Part shown: positions 12,612 through 24,600 of the stretch, piece after piece
How the letters are laid out: each line of letters starts with the position of its first letter
How positions within the stretch are numbered: the stretch's first letter is position 1
DNA from: Raillietiella orientalis
Lineage: Eukaryota
NCBI GenBank assembly: GCA_036172245.1
Contig: JAYWIR010000044.1
Span: forward strand, 1,426,001-1,490,000
Length of the DNA stretch: 64,000 bases
Direction of reading: 5' to 3'
Position numbers and translations under genes: made by a program
Notes under the pieces: model-generated
What the model saw: only the letters and a program-made list of their open reading frames with translations
Told to the model about the DNA's origin: nothing
Databases searched by the model: none

Positions 12612-15600
12612 TTCTCTCGACTGGACTTCAGTTCGGCTTCCACCCCATTCTGAATCATCAATTAAGAAGGATTGTGGAACCGGATTGAACTTTTCGCCCT
12701 CTCGGTGAGCGCAGGCGCAGCTGTTCCCGCGTTCCCGAACCTGCGGGCTCTACGTAGCGCCGTTCCTTTCAGCTCTCTGCATGGACTCCCTCTGCAAGTT
12801 ATCTCTCGCAGAAGGAATCATCTCGAGAAGCGGAAGTAACGAATAGGGCAGCAAATGGAGTTGCCGTTTTGCCAGAGAGATGCTGCCGCTTGGCGGTGGA
12901 TAAAGAAAAGAGGCCGGCCAACGTTTCCATCCCGAGAGCACAGATGAACGCGTGCAGCCAGGAGAGACGATCCGCCAGAAGCAGTCTGGATGGATATTCG
13001 GCCTCCGTGATGCTTCCCTAGCCGCGAAGCAACGCAGCACGCACCCCTGAGATTTCCATAGAAGAAGCTTTGAAGCGAGAAGTCGGAGCTGGACCAAAAC
13101 AGCAGGTAGGGAATGCAGCGCGTGTGCGCCGTCTCGAGCAGCTGGAGGTCCGGGACTCACATTGCTCATCAGCCCGAAGAGCAAACGGCGGAGGCTGCAG
13201 AAGGCCTCATCCCGATCTTAGGCTGTGCGCTGCATGCGGAACGCACAGCGAAGGACACATCCAATTGCGCGGTCGGCCAGGCGAAGTGCTGGGAAGCCAT
13301 CGGTCTTGAGGCGGCTGCCGAGGTCCAAGCGCACTGACCGTGGACGGGAGCGAGGAACGGCGGCGACGAGGCGATTTCAACAGAGCCTTCGCGAGACGGG
13401 CGCCCGCCCGTTCGTGCGCCTCTCTTCGTGGTGTCGATCCTCGGGTTCACCTGTTGGAGATAGCTGGCCGAAAGTGCCGGGGAGTAGTGGGAAAGACTCG
13501 ATTTCAAAGAGCTCGGCATGGAACAGAAGATGTGTGCATGGATGTTCTGGAAATTTGGAAAAACGAAATTGCCTTAGGAATGGTCGCCGTGGGTACGTCC
13601 GCTTCAGGGAATCGTACTTTTCGTCGCGTGGAACCAAGTAGCGAGTAAGGCAAGACAGCGACTCCAAGAAGGCAGCGGCATGCCTCGACGAAAGAAGGCC
13701 TGATTCTCCGAAAAAGGTCACGAGTTCAGGTGTGCCGAAGTTCTCGTGCTGGTGGAAGGTGTCCCAAAACACAATTCTCCCCCTCCTGCCTTCCCCTCTC
13801 AGGTGTTCTGTCCCATGCCGTCTCGGGAGCTGCAGCTCCGTCTTCACGTGCGTCTGGAGGACAAATCAGCCCGGTTAACGGGGGAGCGCATGACTCAGGA
13901 GCGCTCGTCTTCGCGCTGCACCTGATCGCAGAAATCCAATCATACTCCAATCCAATCCAATCAACCTTCGACCTTGGTCCCATCCGCGCTTCGCAACTCT
14001 TCCCGGTTTCTCCCGGGACTCGCGCTGGTTCCTTCTCTGTGGAAGAGGCAGCGGTCGAAAATGCACACGTGCGAAGAGCAGCGCTTTCGTCCCTCCAGAG
14101 AGAAGGCATCCGCCGCGCACCCAGCGAGACCCCAGGCTCAGCGTTCCCGAGAGCTACTTTCGTGACTTCCGGGAACGCTGCGTGCCCGGAGGGCGATCCG
14201 TGCGGAGGGCGCTGTCGCAAAGGGCGCTGGTAAAGGCGAAGGTGGGGAAGCCACGAACCGTTCGAAAGGAAGGTTTTCGAGGTGCTGGCAACATTTGCGA
14301 TCCGTGCCCTCGGAAAGTCCTGTCGTTCGTTTCGCTCCGCTTCCCGAAGGCTGGCACTTCCTCAGGTGAGCGGAAGGCAGCGACGCAGCGGTTGTGCGAT
14401 CCACTGGAGGGTTGGTAGCCGACGAGAACTGGGAGTGCTCCTGGAAGGACTGCAGAGAAAAGGACACGAGGCTCTCTGCGGAATCAGGGAGGTCCTTTCG
14501 TTCCTGCGGATGCTCCTGTAACCGTTCCACGTTCGGTTCGAAACCCAGGTTCGTTTCCCAGGTAACGACCGATCGATTTCAGCCTCCTGCGTTCCGTCGT
14601 TCACTGCCGACGCGAATGCCTCCCGAGCCACCTTTATGGAAGACGGTGAGGGAGGGATGCGAAGATGCGTACCTCGCGGGCTCGTTCTCCCGGGAGTGGC
14701 CTCAGCGTGCGTCTCCTCGTGCTTTCCCTCGCCCTTACGTGACCACCCACTGACCTGCGGGCCGCTCCTCCGAACGCTGGGCAGCTTCCGAAGAGCTGCA
14801 TCGACGCCGCTGTCCTTCCAGACGCCGGGTGAGGCACCCGAGTGTCCGCCGCGGATGGGGGACCAGGACCGATCGTGACACCGGTCAGCTGACGAGGCAT
14901 CAGCGGCACGGGCTCAGCCGCCCACGAGTCGCCTCTGGGACGCGCGACCCCGGCCGCTTCCCGCGGAAGGCCGCAGGCTCCGGGACGACGGCATGGAGTA
15001 CGCGCCGCTTGTTGCTCTCCGGCGCCCCTTCGGCCCCGCGCCAACGCAGCCGGCGCGCATCACATACCAACCCGCGATCGCTTCGAGTCCGTGCCGTTCG
15101 CGCCACATGCAGCAGCGGAAAAGTCGGCCGCGACGGTGAATTTGGCACCCTTGCTACGGGCTCCGTCAACGCTATGCGCGCCTCCCTCAAAAGAGCGGGC
15201 GCTGGGGCCGCGCAGTGTCCCTGGTGCGAGAGCCGCATGCGTCACCCGCCCGGGACCAGCGCCATACGTGGGCGCCAGATGGACAGGATCTGCCGGCCGG
15301 TAGAGCGGCACTCCGCTCGCCCCTCCGGCAGTACGTGCGCGCGTGCGCGTTCGGGTGCCAAGCGTAAGGAAGAGGGGGATGATGACCGCCCGCAGGCAGA
15401 ACCGTCGAGCAGGGTTACCAGCCCACGCACGACGCTTTTTTAGGCCCGGACGGAAGGACCTCGCGCCCATGGCCGCCGTCCGCCGGTGGCCATGTGTTCT
15501 GCCGATCTGGACCCATGGATCGGGGGAACGCGAGCAGCGCACCCTCCCGCATGTTCCCCGGCAGTATTCTCAGGCAATCGAGCTGGGAGCGCTACCGGCC

Positions 15601-15752
15601 GCCGTAGTCAAGTGGCGACTGGACTGACGGGGCGATCGTTAGCACACCCACTTGTGACAACAAGGGGACGCCGGTGCCCGTGCTCCTGCCCGTAACGACG
15701 CCCACGGCGTTCCCTTGGACCTGTGCGTCTTTCCGCGTTTCTGCCGGCAGGG

Positions 15753-16266
15753 GCGACCGAGCGCCTGCTGCCGGTTGCCTCTGCGGACGGGGACGCCCGC
15801 GGGCGGTCCACTCGCTCCTCCACTCTCGAAGAGCTGCTCCTCCAGCTCTGCACACCTCTGTGAGAACGAAGCTCTCAGGGGCATGAAAAAGGTGCATTGC
15901 CAAGGCAACCGGCGCCGCGAAACCGACTGCCGCCGCGTGCCTCGTGAAGTGCGTGCGCGGACGACCGCGCGCGACGCTGCTTAAGGCCTCCCAGGGTGAG
16001 AAGAGCCGAGCTTTCGCGATTTTTCGCCCTCCCAGACGGCGCACAGGCGATCTCTACGTGAGCTGGGTCGAGGTGGGCGAGTCGGAGCATCGATGGAGCT
16101 CGGAAGCGTGGGCGGTCCGGCGGCCCGCTCCTGCCTTCGGAGCGCAAGCGACCTCGGGTTGTTTGCATGGGAAGAGGGCGCATCCTGAAGCGCGCGACGT
16201 CCTCGACTTCCGAGGAAACGGACGGAACGATCGCCCGGGGCGCTCCGGCAGCAGGCGCTCGGTCGC
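15753..16266. repeat. 22-bp perfect inverted repeat pair (15753-15774 / 16245-16266) in the GC-rich inner arm end; mirrored at 22363-22876
   Basis: GCGACCGAGCGCCTGCTGCCGG and its exact reverse complement CCGGCAGCAGGCGCTCGGTCGC. Confidence 0.9.
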
Positions 16267-16971
16267 ACGCCCGGGTGTGAGGCACCCGTGCACTTCCGTG
16301 CGTGCGCAGCGTCTCTCGCGTCAGACCCGTCAGACCGCCTCTTTTCCTGGCGACAGGCGGGCGTCATTGGGCGCCCGTCCGGGTTAGAACGCCCCCTCGC
16401 GCTGGCCGCCGCTCTCTGCTTCCTCCGGCACGCCCGCACACCTGCGCGGCCGCGTGCGCGCGTCGCCTGAGGCCCCTTAAAGAGCGCGTGGGACCACGCC
16501 CGAGTCAGCAGCGCGCCTCCACGGACTCTCCCGGACGCGGTGCACGCAGCAACCGACGCTCAGGATGCCTCGCTCCCGGTCCTGCTTGGTAAGAGGTGCT
16601 CCCGCCGTGCTTGGGGCTCGTCAACCGGGCATCCGCGCATAATTAGGGGGGTGCGTCCCGTCCACGAGGCAGATGGCGCCGTGCTTCTGTATTTGTGGGG
16701 CAAGATAGGAGAAGCACCGCCTTGCGAGGAGCGGGGTGTGTGCTAGTTGCGTCGCTTCTTGCAGAACGGGTGCTTCCGCCAAGACCTGGGCCCGCTGCTC
16801 GCGTGGCATGCGTGGGGTCGTCTGGCTAGCGCTTTCCTGGGCAAGGCTTCGCGTCTGTGGGTCGCACGCTGAAAGCGCCGTGGTCGCTCGCTCGGCCGCT
16901 GTCGTAGCTCGTCCTTGCGTCTGGCTTGTGCGGTCGCGTGTTTGCGGTCGGAGGACGAGGAGGAGGATCGC

Positions 16972-19900
16972 ATGATCGCTGTAGTCTTCTGATTGGTTGC
17001 ACGCACGTTTTCGTGGTCTTCACGCGGCTTTTTATTTATGCTCTGTTTAGCACGGGTGCGGACCCCGGAGAGTCAGTTCCTCGGACTCTGATTTCGCTGC
17101 TGCCCTCCTTTTTTCCAGACGCCTTTCCTGGTGGCCGTTGTTTTGCTAAGCTGCCTGCGCTCTGACCTGGGTGTGTCGTCTCTGAAATCCCAGGTCAAGG
17201 ACAACTTGTCGAAGAACCTGATGTTCGGAAACCCCATAGGGAGTTGCTCCTTTTCGGAGTCGGCGCGTTTTTCCCGCGGGGACGAAGACAGTGTGTTATG
17301 CGTGATTATTTGGGAGCCCGATAATGAGGGAGGGGCCCAAGAAGAAGAGACTTGCGCAGTGGAAGTGTCGGTAAGCCCGCCCGTCCTTCAGCGGGAGCTC
17401 CTCTGGTTGTCTTTGTCCACAGACTTTGGATGGCTATGAGCAGCATGTCACAGTTGTCCTCTCCGAGGTAAAGAACTGCAGTTGCACCTTCGCAAAGGAT
17501 TCGGTGGAAACAAGGTGGGTACTGGCCGCGTGAAGGGTGGCATGCGCCACGCTTCCGCTCCGCCCTCGAGAGGAAGAGAGAGGGAAGAAGGACATCGGGG
17601 TAGCCGGAGGCGAAGGAGCCAGACTCTCGCTACGGACGATTCAGATGGCGGAGACGCTGCTTCTTGACCAGTGGCTACTCACCGTCCTGAAGCCGAGAAC
17701 CGGCCCCTATTGCGAGTTGGTCCCTGGAAGTCAAGGGGTCACGGTCAGCATCCATCCCTTTGGAGTCACTGGAGAAGTGATTCGCAGGCAACTGCCTGTC
17801 CCTCTGGTACTCTCCTCTCACCTGCAGGACATCATGCTTCCTCTGACCGCTGTTGGCGGCCCACGAGAGCGTCGATAGCTGCTGGATGCTGCTACCTGCT
17901 AAGAGTAACAGGAAACTCGTTTCCAGGCTGCCTCAGGATTCCATCTGGGTGCAACTATCGACTCCGTTCAATGCCTCCTGCATCCTGCAACCCAAGTCGC
18001 AGTTCTCGGCGAGCTTCTTCATTAACTAGAGTGGGAGGCTCATGTACGCCACTTGCAGAAATAAAGCGAATTTCTGGATGCAAGGCTCCCTTTTTATTTC
18101 GGAAAACGGGAGCGTAATCTCACAAAGAGGGGGCCGATTTGCGCCCCTCCCTCAACTGCACCCTGCAGATGTAGCTGCTATGTTGGATTCTGGGACGAGA
18201 CCATCGTCTCGCCGAGCTGGTTCGCCCAGGAGTTGCCCGTCCTCGGAGAATATCGCCGCACTGGAGATGCAGCGAGATCCATGAGAGTGTCGTCGGGTCA
18301 TCTGAAGATCACTGGAGTTTCTTGAACCACAATATGCCGGAGCTGCAAATTCTAAGGAGCTTCCTCTCTCGAGACGAGGAGGTTACCTAGGAAGAAGGAG
18401 TTACGATCTTTCCAGAGTTCTCGATTCCCATTTTCATCTTTGGTCCATTTGCTGGCTCTGTTTTATGCAATCCCCCCATTTTCTCAAGAAGAGCAGAGCT
18501 GCTTTTTTACCATCTCGAAGAAAATCGGCGCACGTGGCATTCCTGCGACCTCCTGATGACCCAAGCGTAACCGCGCGAGCTTGTGCTCCAGCTTCTACGA
18601 GGAAAGAGCAGCAGCTCAGTGTGTGCTTCCCACGATTCTCCTGTTTTCTTCTTCTTCAGTGTGCTTCCTCGAACGCCACGGGTGGGCTTCGAGCGTGCAG
18701 TCTCATCGTCTTCCTAGGTATCCCTTGGTTCCGTTTCCTGCTTGGCGCGGGAAGAAACAGCCCCACGAGCTCCAATCCTCTGCGTGCGGCGTCTGCGGCT
18801 TCTTAGCAGAAGTCCGAGAAGACGGCGTTGGGGAATGCCGGCTAGCAGCAGCCAAGCGATGTCTAGCAGGGAGTTTTGACCCTGCTTCAGTAGAAAGGAG
18901 TCATTCCACATGTGACAAGCACTCGAAGACTGGCATGCATCGTTTAAGAAGAAGCGTGAAAGAGGATGCTCTTGTTTGTGTTGCACACGTGGAGTCCATG
19001 GAAGTCAAACCAGGAGTCTCCAGAGGGCATTCTCCAACACTCTTGCTGACCCCGATCAACAAAAGTGGCCTCCAATCGACCCTCTTTGCGAAACGGACGC
19101 AAAGACCGGACCACATCTGGTGTTCCGGGGTCATCCGGGGATGACGGTGTCGTCGTTTGTGGTGTAAGTAAAGCAATGGTGGTGCAATGATAGAAGTAAT
19201 GATGGCCGATGGGAGTCAGCTGCTCCATGAATCTTCTGCTGAAACACCGAAGGAGACAGGACGAAGGCAGCAGAGCAGTGGATGGGCTGTCCCCTCTGCC
19301 GGGAGAGTAGCGCAAGTTCCCGGCAGGGCGGCCACAGAGGGACCTCCCTCTGTCGGATGAGGCAAGTCTTCAGGAGAAATGGAGGCCTTCGAGCGATGGT
19401 TGGGGTGCATGAGGAAGGAGACACCGCACTCCAGTGCGGATCACTCTTTTGAGATACACTGGAAGCTCAGGCTGGACCAGCCACTGTACGATTCGAAGAA
19501 ACCCCCGCGGGAGCACGTGCCTTGAGTGGAGAACGAAACGGAAGGGAGAGATGGGTGGTCATTTGTTGCGCTCTTCGGAGCGCCGTTTGGGCAACGGAAG
19601 CGTGGGCGTCCACGCCCGACCGGCGTCTGTTTTTATCCGGCTTGCTGTTGCCTTGGTGCAGTGCTGACCGCGGAAGGCTCCGTGCTCCTTGCTGCAGCCC
19701 CATTTGGGTGGAAACTGCGGAACGAGCCGATGCTCAGCCTGTCTTCTAGCTGACGATCGTGTGGATGAGAGGTAAAGACTCGACGAGATTCCCTCGTACT
19801 CCATGCCGAAGGCGTGCTGGCTCCGCGAGCTGCGGCGCACTTCTCTCGTAGCCGGTGGCAGCTCATCCGCCCCTTCTGTGGCAGATGCGGTGCGCTCCTC

Positions 19901-21657
19901 TGCCGGCAGAGGCGCCTTTGCGATTGCGAAGCCAACGGCCAGAGGACTCGCCACCTCATTTCTTCGTGCAGGTCTTTTTAAGTGTTGGGCTGACCCCAGT
20001 GCAAATCGCCTTCCGCGCAGTAGTATTCTCAATGAAGAGGGCAGCACAGTGGCCTCTTGTTGGGCGGGATGCTCCCTGTAAGATGGGGTCGCAGCGAGTC
20101 GCCGGTTTGTGCTGCGTCAGGGGACCTTCTGGGGACGGCGTGCAATACTCTCTCTGTGACGTTTGTTTGTTTGTTTTCTCTGCCGTACTCCCGGGCGACA
20201 TGCCGAAATCGCCACCTGGCCTAGCGTGAGCTATCCTTTCACGTCCTGCACCACCTGATCTGCCACGCAGAGCACACCGGATCTGAGCAACCTCCGCGTC
20301 GAGTATCGCGCGCGCGGTTGCGCGCGCTGAGCTGGGGATTCGCACCGCTTGGCGCCGCTCTCCGCTCTCGGCGGAGCCTCTAGGTGGATTTCACCACTGT
20401 CGTCCTCGGAGGTCAGGCGGCTAATCGGAGCGCTGCATCCGGGCTTAGGAGCAGTGGAACCAAAGGCAATCCAGAAAAAAAAAATACGGCGAACACCCTC
20501 TTTCCACTCACGTGATATCTGAGAGTGCAGGGCTTTCTTCTGTTCCGGCTGACTTCTTTCTCACTCTCCAAAGAGTGCCCACTGCACCCTCCAGCTGCCG
20601 TTTCTCCGAGAGACGCCTCGGACCAACCCCAGTGGTCTCCTGAGATCCGAGGATGGAGCGGGGGAACGGCGACGAGCGATGGGATGATGGTCTAAATGAC
20701 CTTTAGCAGCGACATGAATACGAGAACGCCCCATAAACTGCGGCAATGCTGCTGCTGCTGTGCAAAGAGCCAGTGGAAGAGCACCCGTTTCCATATTGAC
20801 ACGGACCGAGAAAACGAGGACGCGCCCTAGGCTGCCTGACTAAGCGGACTTTTTGCACCAAAGCGTCAATAAAACACACTGAATGTCCAAGAAAGGTCAA
20901 CAAGGAATGCACTTTATTTCTGGAAATGTCGGAGGGGTGGACGAGATTGCCGTGGCAGGACGGAGTCTAGTAGTAAAAGTCGGCCCAGAAGAACAAGCCC
21001 TCCGGAAGCGAGCACGACACGTTGAACTCGGTCTCAAATGTCTCAAAGATCAGTTTGCCAGTAAGGGAGTTGCTCAAACCGGTCTTCGGGATGCTGGAAG
21101 AATTGACATTGAATTTCCCTACCCTCTTTGGGCACTCTACTCCTCCCACGCTTCACCCATTACGCCGACTCACTTCATCTGTCCGCGGTAGTTCGAGAAC
21201 GTGCAGCTGAAGGTCGGAGGATCCCCGAAGAGTGTGACGTTGACCTCCTTCGGAATTGGCGGCGAGGTCTGCAAAAAAAGAAAGGCGACCTCCCCTCATC
21301 AGGGACTCAGGGTGAAGAGCGCAACTACCGAGACCGTAACAGAGCACCAAGATGGATGGATCGTGGGCTGCACGCTGGGACCCCAACTGCGTCTGCAGGC
21401 ATCATTCTCCTCCACTTCGATGTCCTCGTTCTGGACAAACAACAGGGAGCAGGGACCAAGCGGATTCTTAAAATGGAAGCTTCCCGAGAGGGACCTTAAC
21501 AGAGGGCGGTTCCTGGCGGACGTCAGGGCCAGAAGACACGCCAGAAGCGCCAGAGGCAACTAACCAAAAGAACAGAATCAACCGCAAGCAAATCGGAAAG
21601 AGTAGAAATGCCTCTGCAAGGCAGCACAGACGAGAAAAGAGCAGCCGTAGGGATTAC
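16972..21657. other. Unique 4686-bp spacer (loop) of the inverted repeat; no recognisable gene
   Basis: ORFs in this interval have no mirror partner, and base pairing fails at 16972/21657. Confidence 0.93.
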
Positions 21658-24600
21658 GCGATCCTCCTCCTCGTCCTCCGACCGCAAACACGCGACCGCA
21701 CAAGCCAGACGCAAGGACGAGCTACGACAGCGGCCGAGCGAGCGACCACGGCGCTTTCAGCGTGCGACCCACAGACGCGAAGCCTTGCCCAGGAAAGCGC
21801 TAGCCAGACGACCCCACGCATGCCACGCGAGCAGCGGGCCCAGGTCTTGGCGGAAGCACCCGTTCTGCAAGAAGCGACGCAACTAGCACACACCCCGCTC
21901 CTCGCAAGGCGGTGCTTCTCCTATCTTGCCCCACAAATACAGAAGCACGGCGCCATCTGCCTCGTGGACGGGACGCACCCCCCTAATTATGCGCGGATGC
22001 CCGGTTGACGAGCCCCAAGCACGGCGGGAGCACCTCTTACCAAGCAGGACCGGGAGCGAGGCATCCTGAGCGTCGGTTGCTGCGTGCACCGCGTCCGGGA
22101 GAGTCCGTGGAGGCGCGCTGCTGACTCGGGCGTGGTCCCACGCGCTCTTTAAGGGGCCTCAGGCGACGCGCGCACGCGGCCGCGCAGGTGTGCGGGCGTG
22201 CCGGAGGAAGCAGAGAGCGGCGGCCAGCGCGAGGGGGCGTTCTAACCCGGACGGGCGCCCAATGACGCCCGCCTGTCGCCAGGAAAAGAGGCGGTCTGAC
22301 GGGTCTGACGCGAGAGACGCTGCGCACGCACGGAAGTGCACGGGTGCCTCACACCCGGGCGTGCGACCGAGCGCCTGCTGCCGGAGCGCCCCGGGCGATC
22401 GTTCCGTCCGTTTCCTCGGAAGTCGAGGACGTCGCGCGCTTCAGGATGCGCCCTCTTCCCATGCAAACAACCCGAGGTCGCTTGCGCTCCGAAGGCAGGA
22501 GCGGGCCGCCGGACCGCCCACGCTTCCGAGCTCCATCGATGCTCCGACTCGCCCACCTCGACCCAGCTCACGTAGAGATCGCCTGTGCGCCGTCTGGGAG
22601 GGCGAAAAATCGCGAAAGCTCGGCTCTTCTCACCCTGGGAGGCCTTAAGCAGCGTCGCGCGCGGTCGTCCGCGCACGCACTTCACGAGGCACGCGGCGGC
22701 AGTCGGTTTCGCGGCGCCGGTTGCCTTGGCAATGCACCTTTTTCATGCCCCTGAGAGCTTCGTTCTCACAGAGGTGTGCAGAGCTGGAGGAGCAGCTCTT
22801 CGAGAGTGGAGGAGCGAGTGGACCGCCCGCGGGCGTCCCCGTCCGCAGAGGCAACCGGCAGCAGGCGCTCGGTCGCCCCTGCCGGCAGAAACGCGGAAAG
22901 ACGCACAGGTCCAAGGGAACGCCGTGGGCGTCGTTACGGGCAGGAGCACGGGCACCGGCGTCCCCTTGTTGTCACAAGTGGGTGTGCTAACGATCGCCCC
23001 GTCAGTCCAGTCGCCACTTGACTACGGCGGCCGGTAGCGCTCCCAGCTCGATTGCCTGAGAATACTGCCGGGGAACATGCGGGAGGGTGCGCTGCTCGCG
23101 TTCCCCCGATCCATGGGTCCAGATCGGCAGAACACATGGCCACCGGCGGACGGCGGCCATGGGCGCGAGGTCCTTCCGTCCGGGCCTAAAAAAGCGTCGT
23201 GCGTGGGCTGGTAACCCTGCTCGACGGTTCTGCCTGCGGGCGGTCATCATCCCCCTCTTCCTTACGCTTGGCACCCGAACGCGCACGCGCGCACGTACTG
23301 CCGGAGGGGCGAGCGGAGTGCCGCTCTACCGGCCGGCAGATCCTGTCCATCTGGCGCCCACGTATGGCGCTGGTCCCGGGCGGGTGACGCATGCGGCTCT
23401 CGCACCAGGGACACTGCGCGGCCCCAGCGCCCGCTCTTTTGAGGGAGGCGCGCATAGCGTTGACGGAGCCCGTAGCAAGGGTGCCAAATTCACCGTCGCG
23501 GCCGACTTTTCCGCTGCTGCATGTGGCGCGAACGGCACGGACTCGAAGCGATCGCGGGTTGGTATGTGATGCGCGCCGGCTGCGTTGGCGCGGGGCAGAA
23601 GGGGCGCCGGAGAGCAACAAGCGGCGCGTACTCCATGCCGTCGTCCCGGAGCCTGCGGCCTTCCGCGGGAAGCGGCCGGGGTCGCGCGTCCCAGAGGCGA
23701 CTCGTGGGCGGCTGAGCCCGTGCCGCTGATGCCTCGTCAGCTGACCGGTGTCACGATCGGTCCTGGTCCCCCATCCGCGGCGGACACTCGGGTGCCTCAC
23801 CCGGCGTCTGGAAGGACAGCGGCGTCGATGCAGCTCTTCGGAAGCTGCCCAGCGTTCGGAGGAGCGGCCCGCAGGTCAGTGGGTGGTCACGTAAGGGCGA
23901 GGGAAAGCACGAGGAGACGCACGCTGAGGCCACTCCCGGGAGAACGAGCCCGCGAGGTACGCATCTTCGCATCCCTCCCTCACCGTCTTCCATAAAGGTG
24001 GCTCGGGAGGCATTCGCGTCGGCAGTGAACGACGGAACGCAGGAGGCTGAAATCGATCGGTCGTTACCTGGGAAACGAACCTGGGTTTCGAACCGAACGT
24101 GGAACGGTTACAGGAGCATCCGCAGGAACGAAAGGACCTCCCTGATTCCGCAGAGAGCCTCGTGTCCTTTTCTCTGCAGTCCTTCCAGGAGCACTCCCAG
24201 TTCTCGTCGGCTACCAACCCTCCAGTGGATCGCACAACCGCTGCGTCGCTGCCTTCCGCTCACCTGAGGAAGTGCCAGCCTTCGGGAAGCGGAGCGAAAC
24301 GAACGACAGGACTTTCCGAGGGCACGGATCGCAAATGTTGCCAGCACCTCGAAAACCTTCCTTTCGAACGGTTCGTGGCTTCCCCACCTTCGCCTTTACC
24401 AGCGCCCTTTGCGACAGCGCCCTCCGCACGGATCGCCCTCCGGGCACGCAGCGTTCCCGGAAGTCACGAAAGTAGCTCTCGGGAACGCTGAGCCTGGGGT
24501 CTCGCTGGGTGCGCGGCGGATGCCTTCTCTCTGGAGGGACGAAAGCGCTGCTCTTCGCACGTGTGCATTTTCGACCGCTGCCTCTTCCACAGAGAAGGAA

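Larger units (their letters stand above)
1..16971 (+). repeat. Left arm of giant inverted repeat (truncated by window start)
   Basis: ORFs in 1-17 kb recur on the opposite strand with paired coordinates summing to 38629 (e.g. 36..740+ vs 37889..38593-; 3922..5055- vs 33574..34707+). Direct reading shows pairing ends at ...GAGGAGGATCGC (16971). Confidence 0.98.

Noticed and set aside
13935..13962. CCAAT cluster (TCCAA repeats) as a promoter
   Set aside because: Equally explained as a short pentanucleotide slippage repeat; no associated gene identified.
14634..16592. Long ORFs in the GC-rich inner arm ends
   Set aside because: Stop-codon scarcity in very GC-rich DNA explains them. Their mirror copies reflect the duplication, not conservation.
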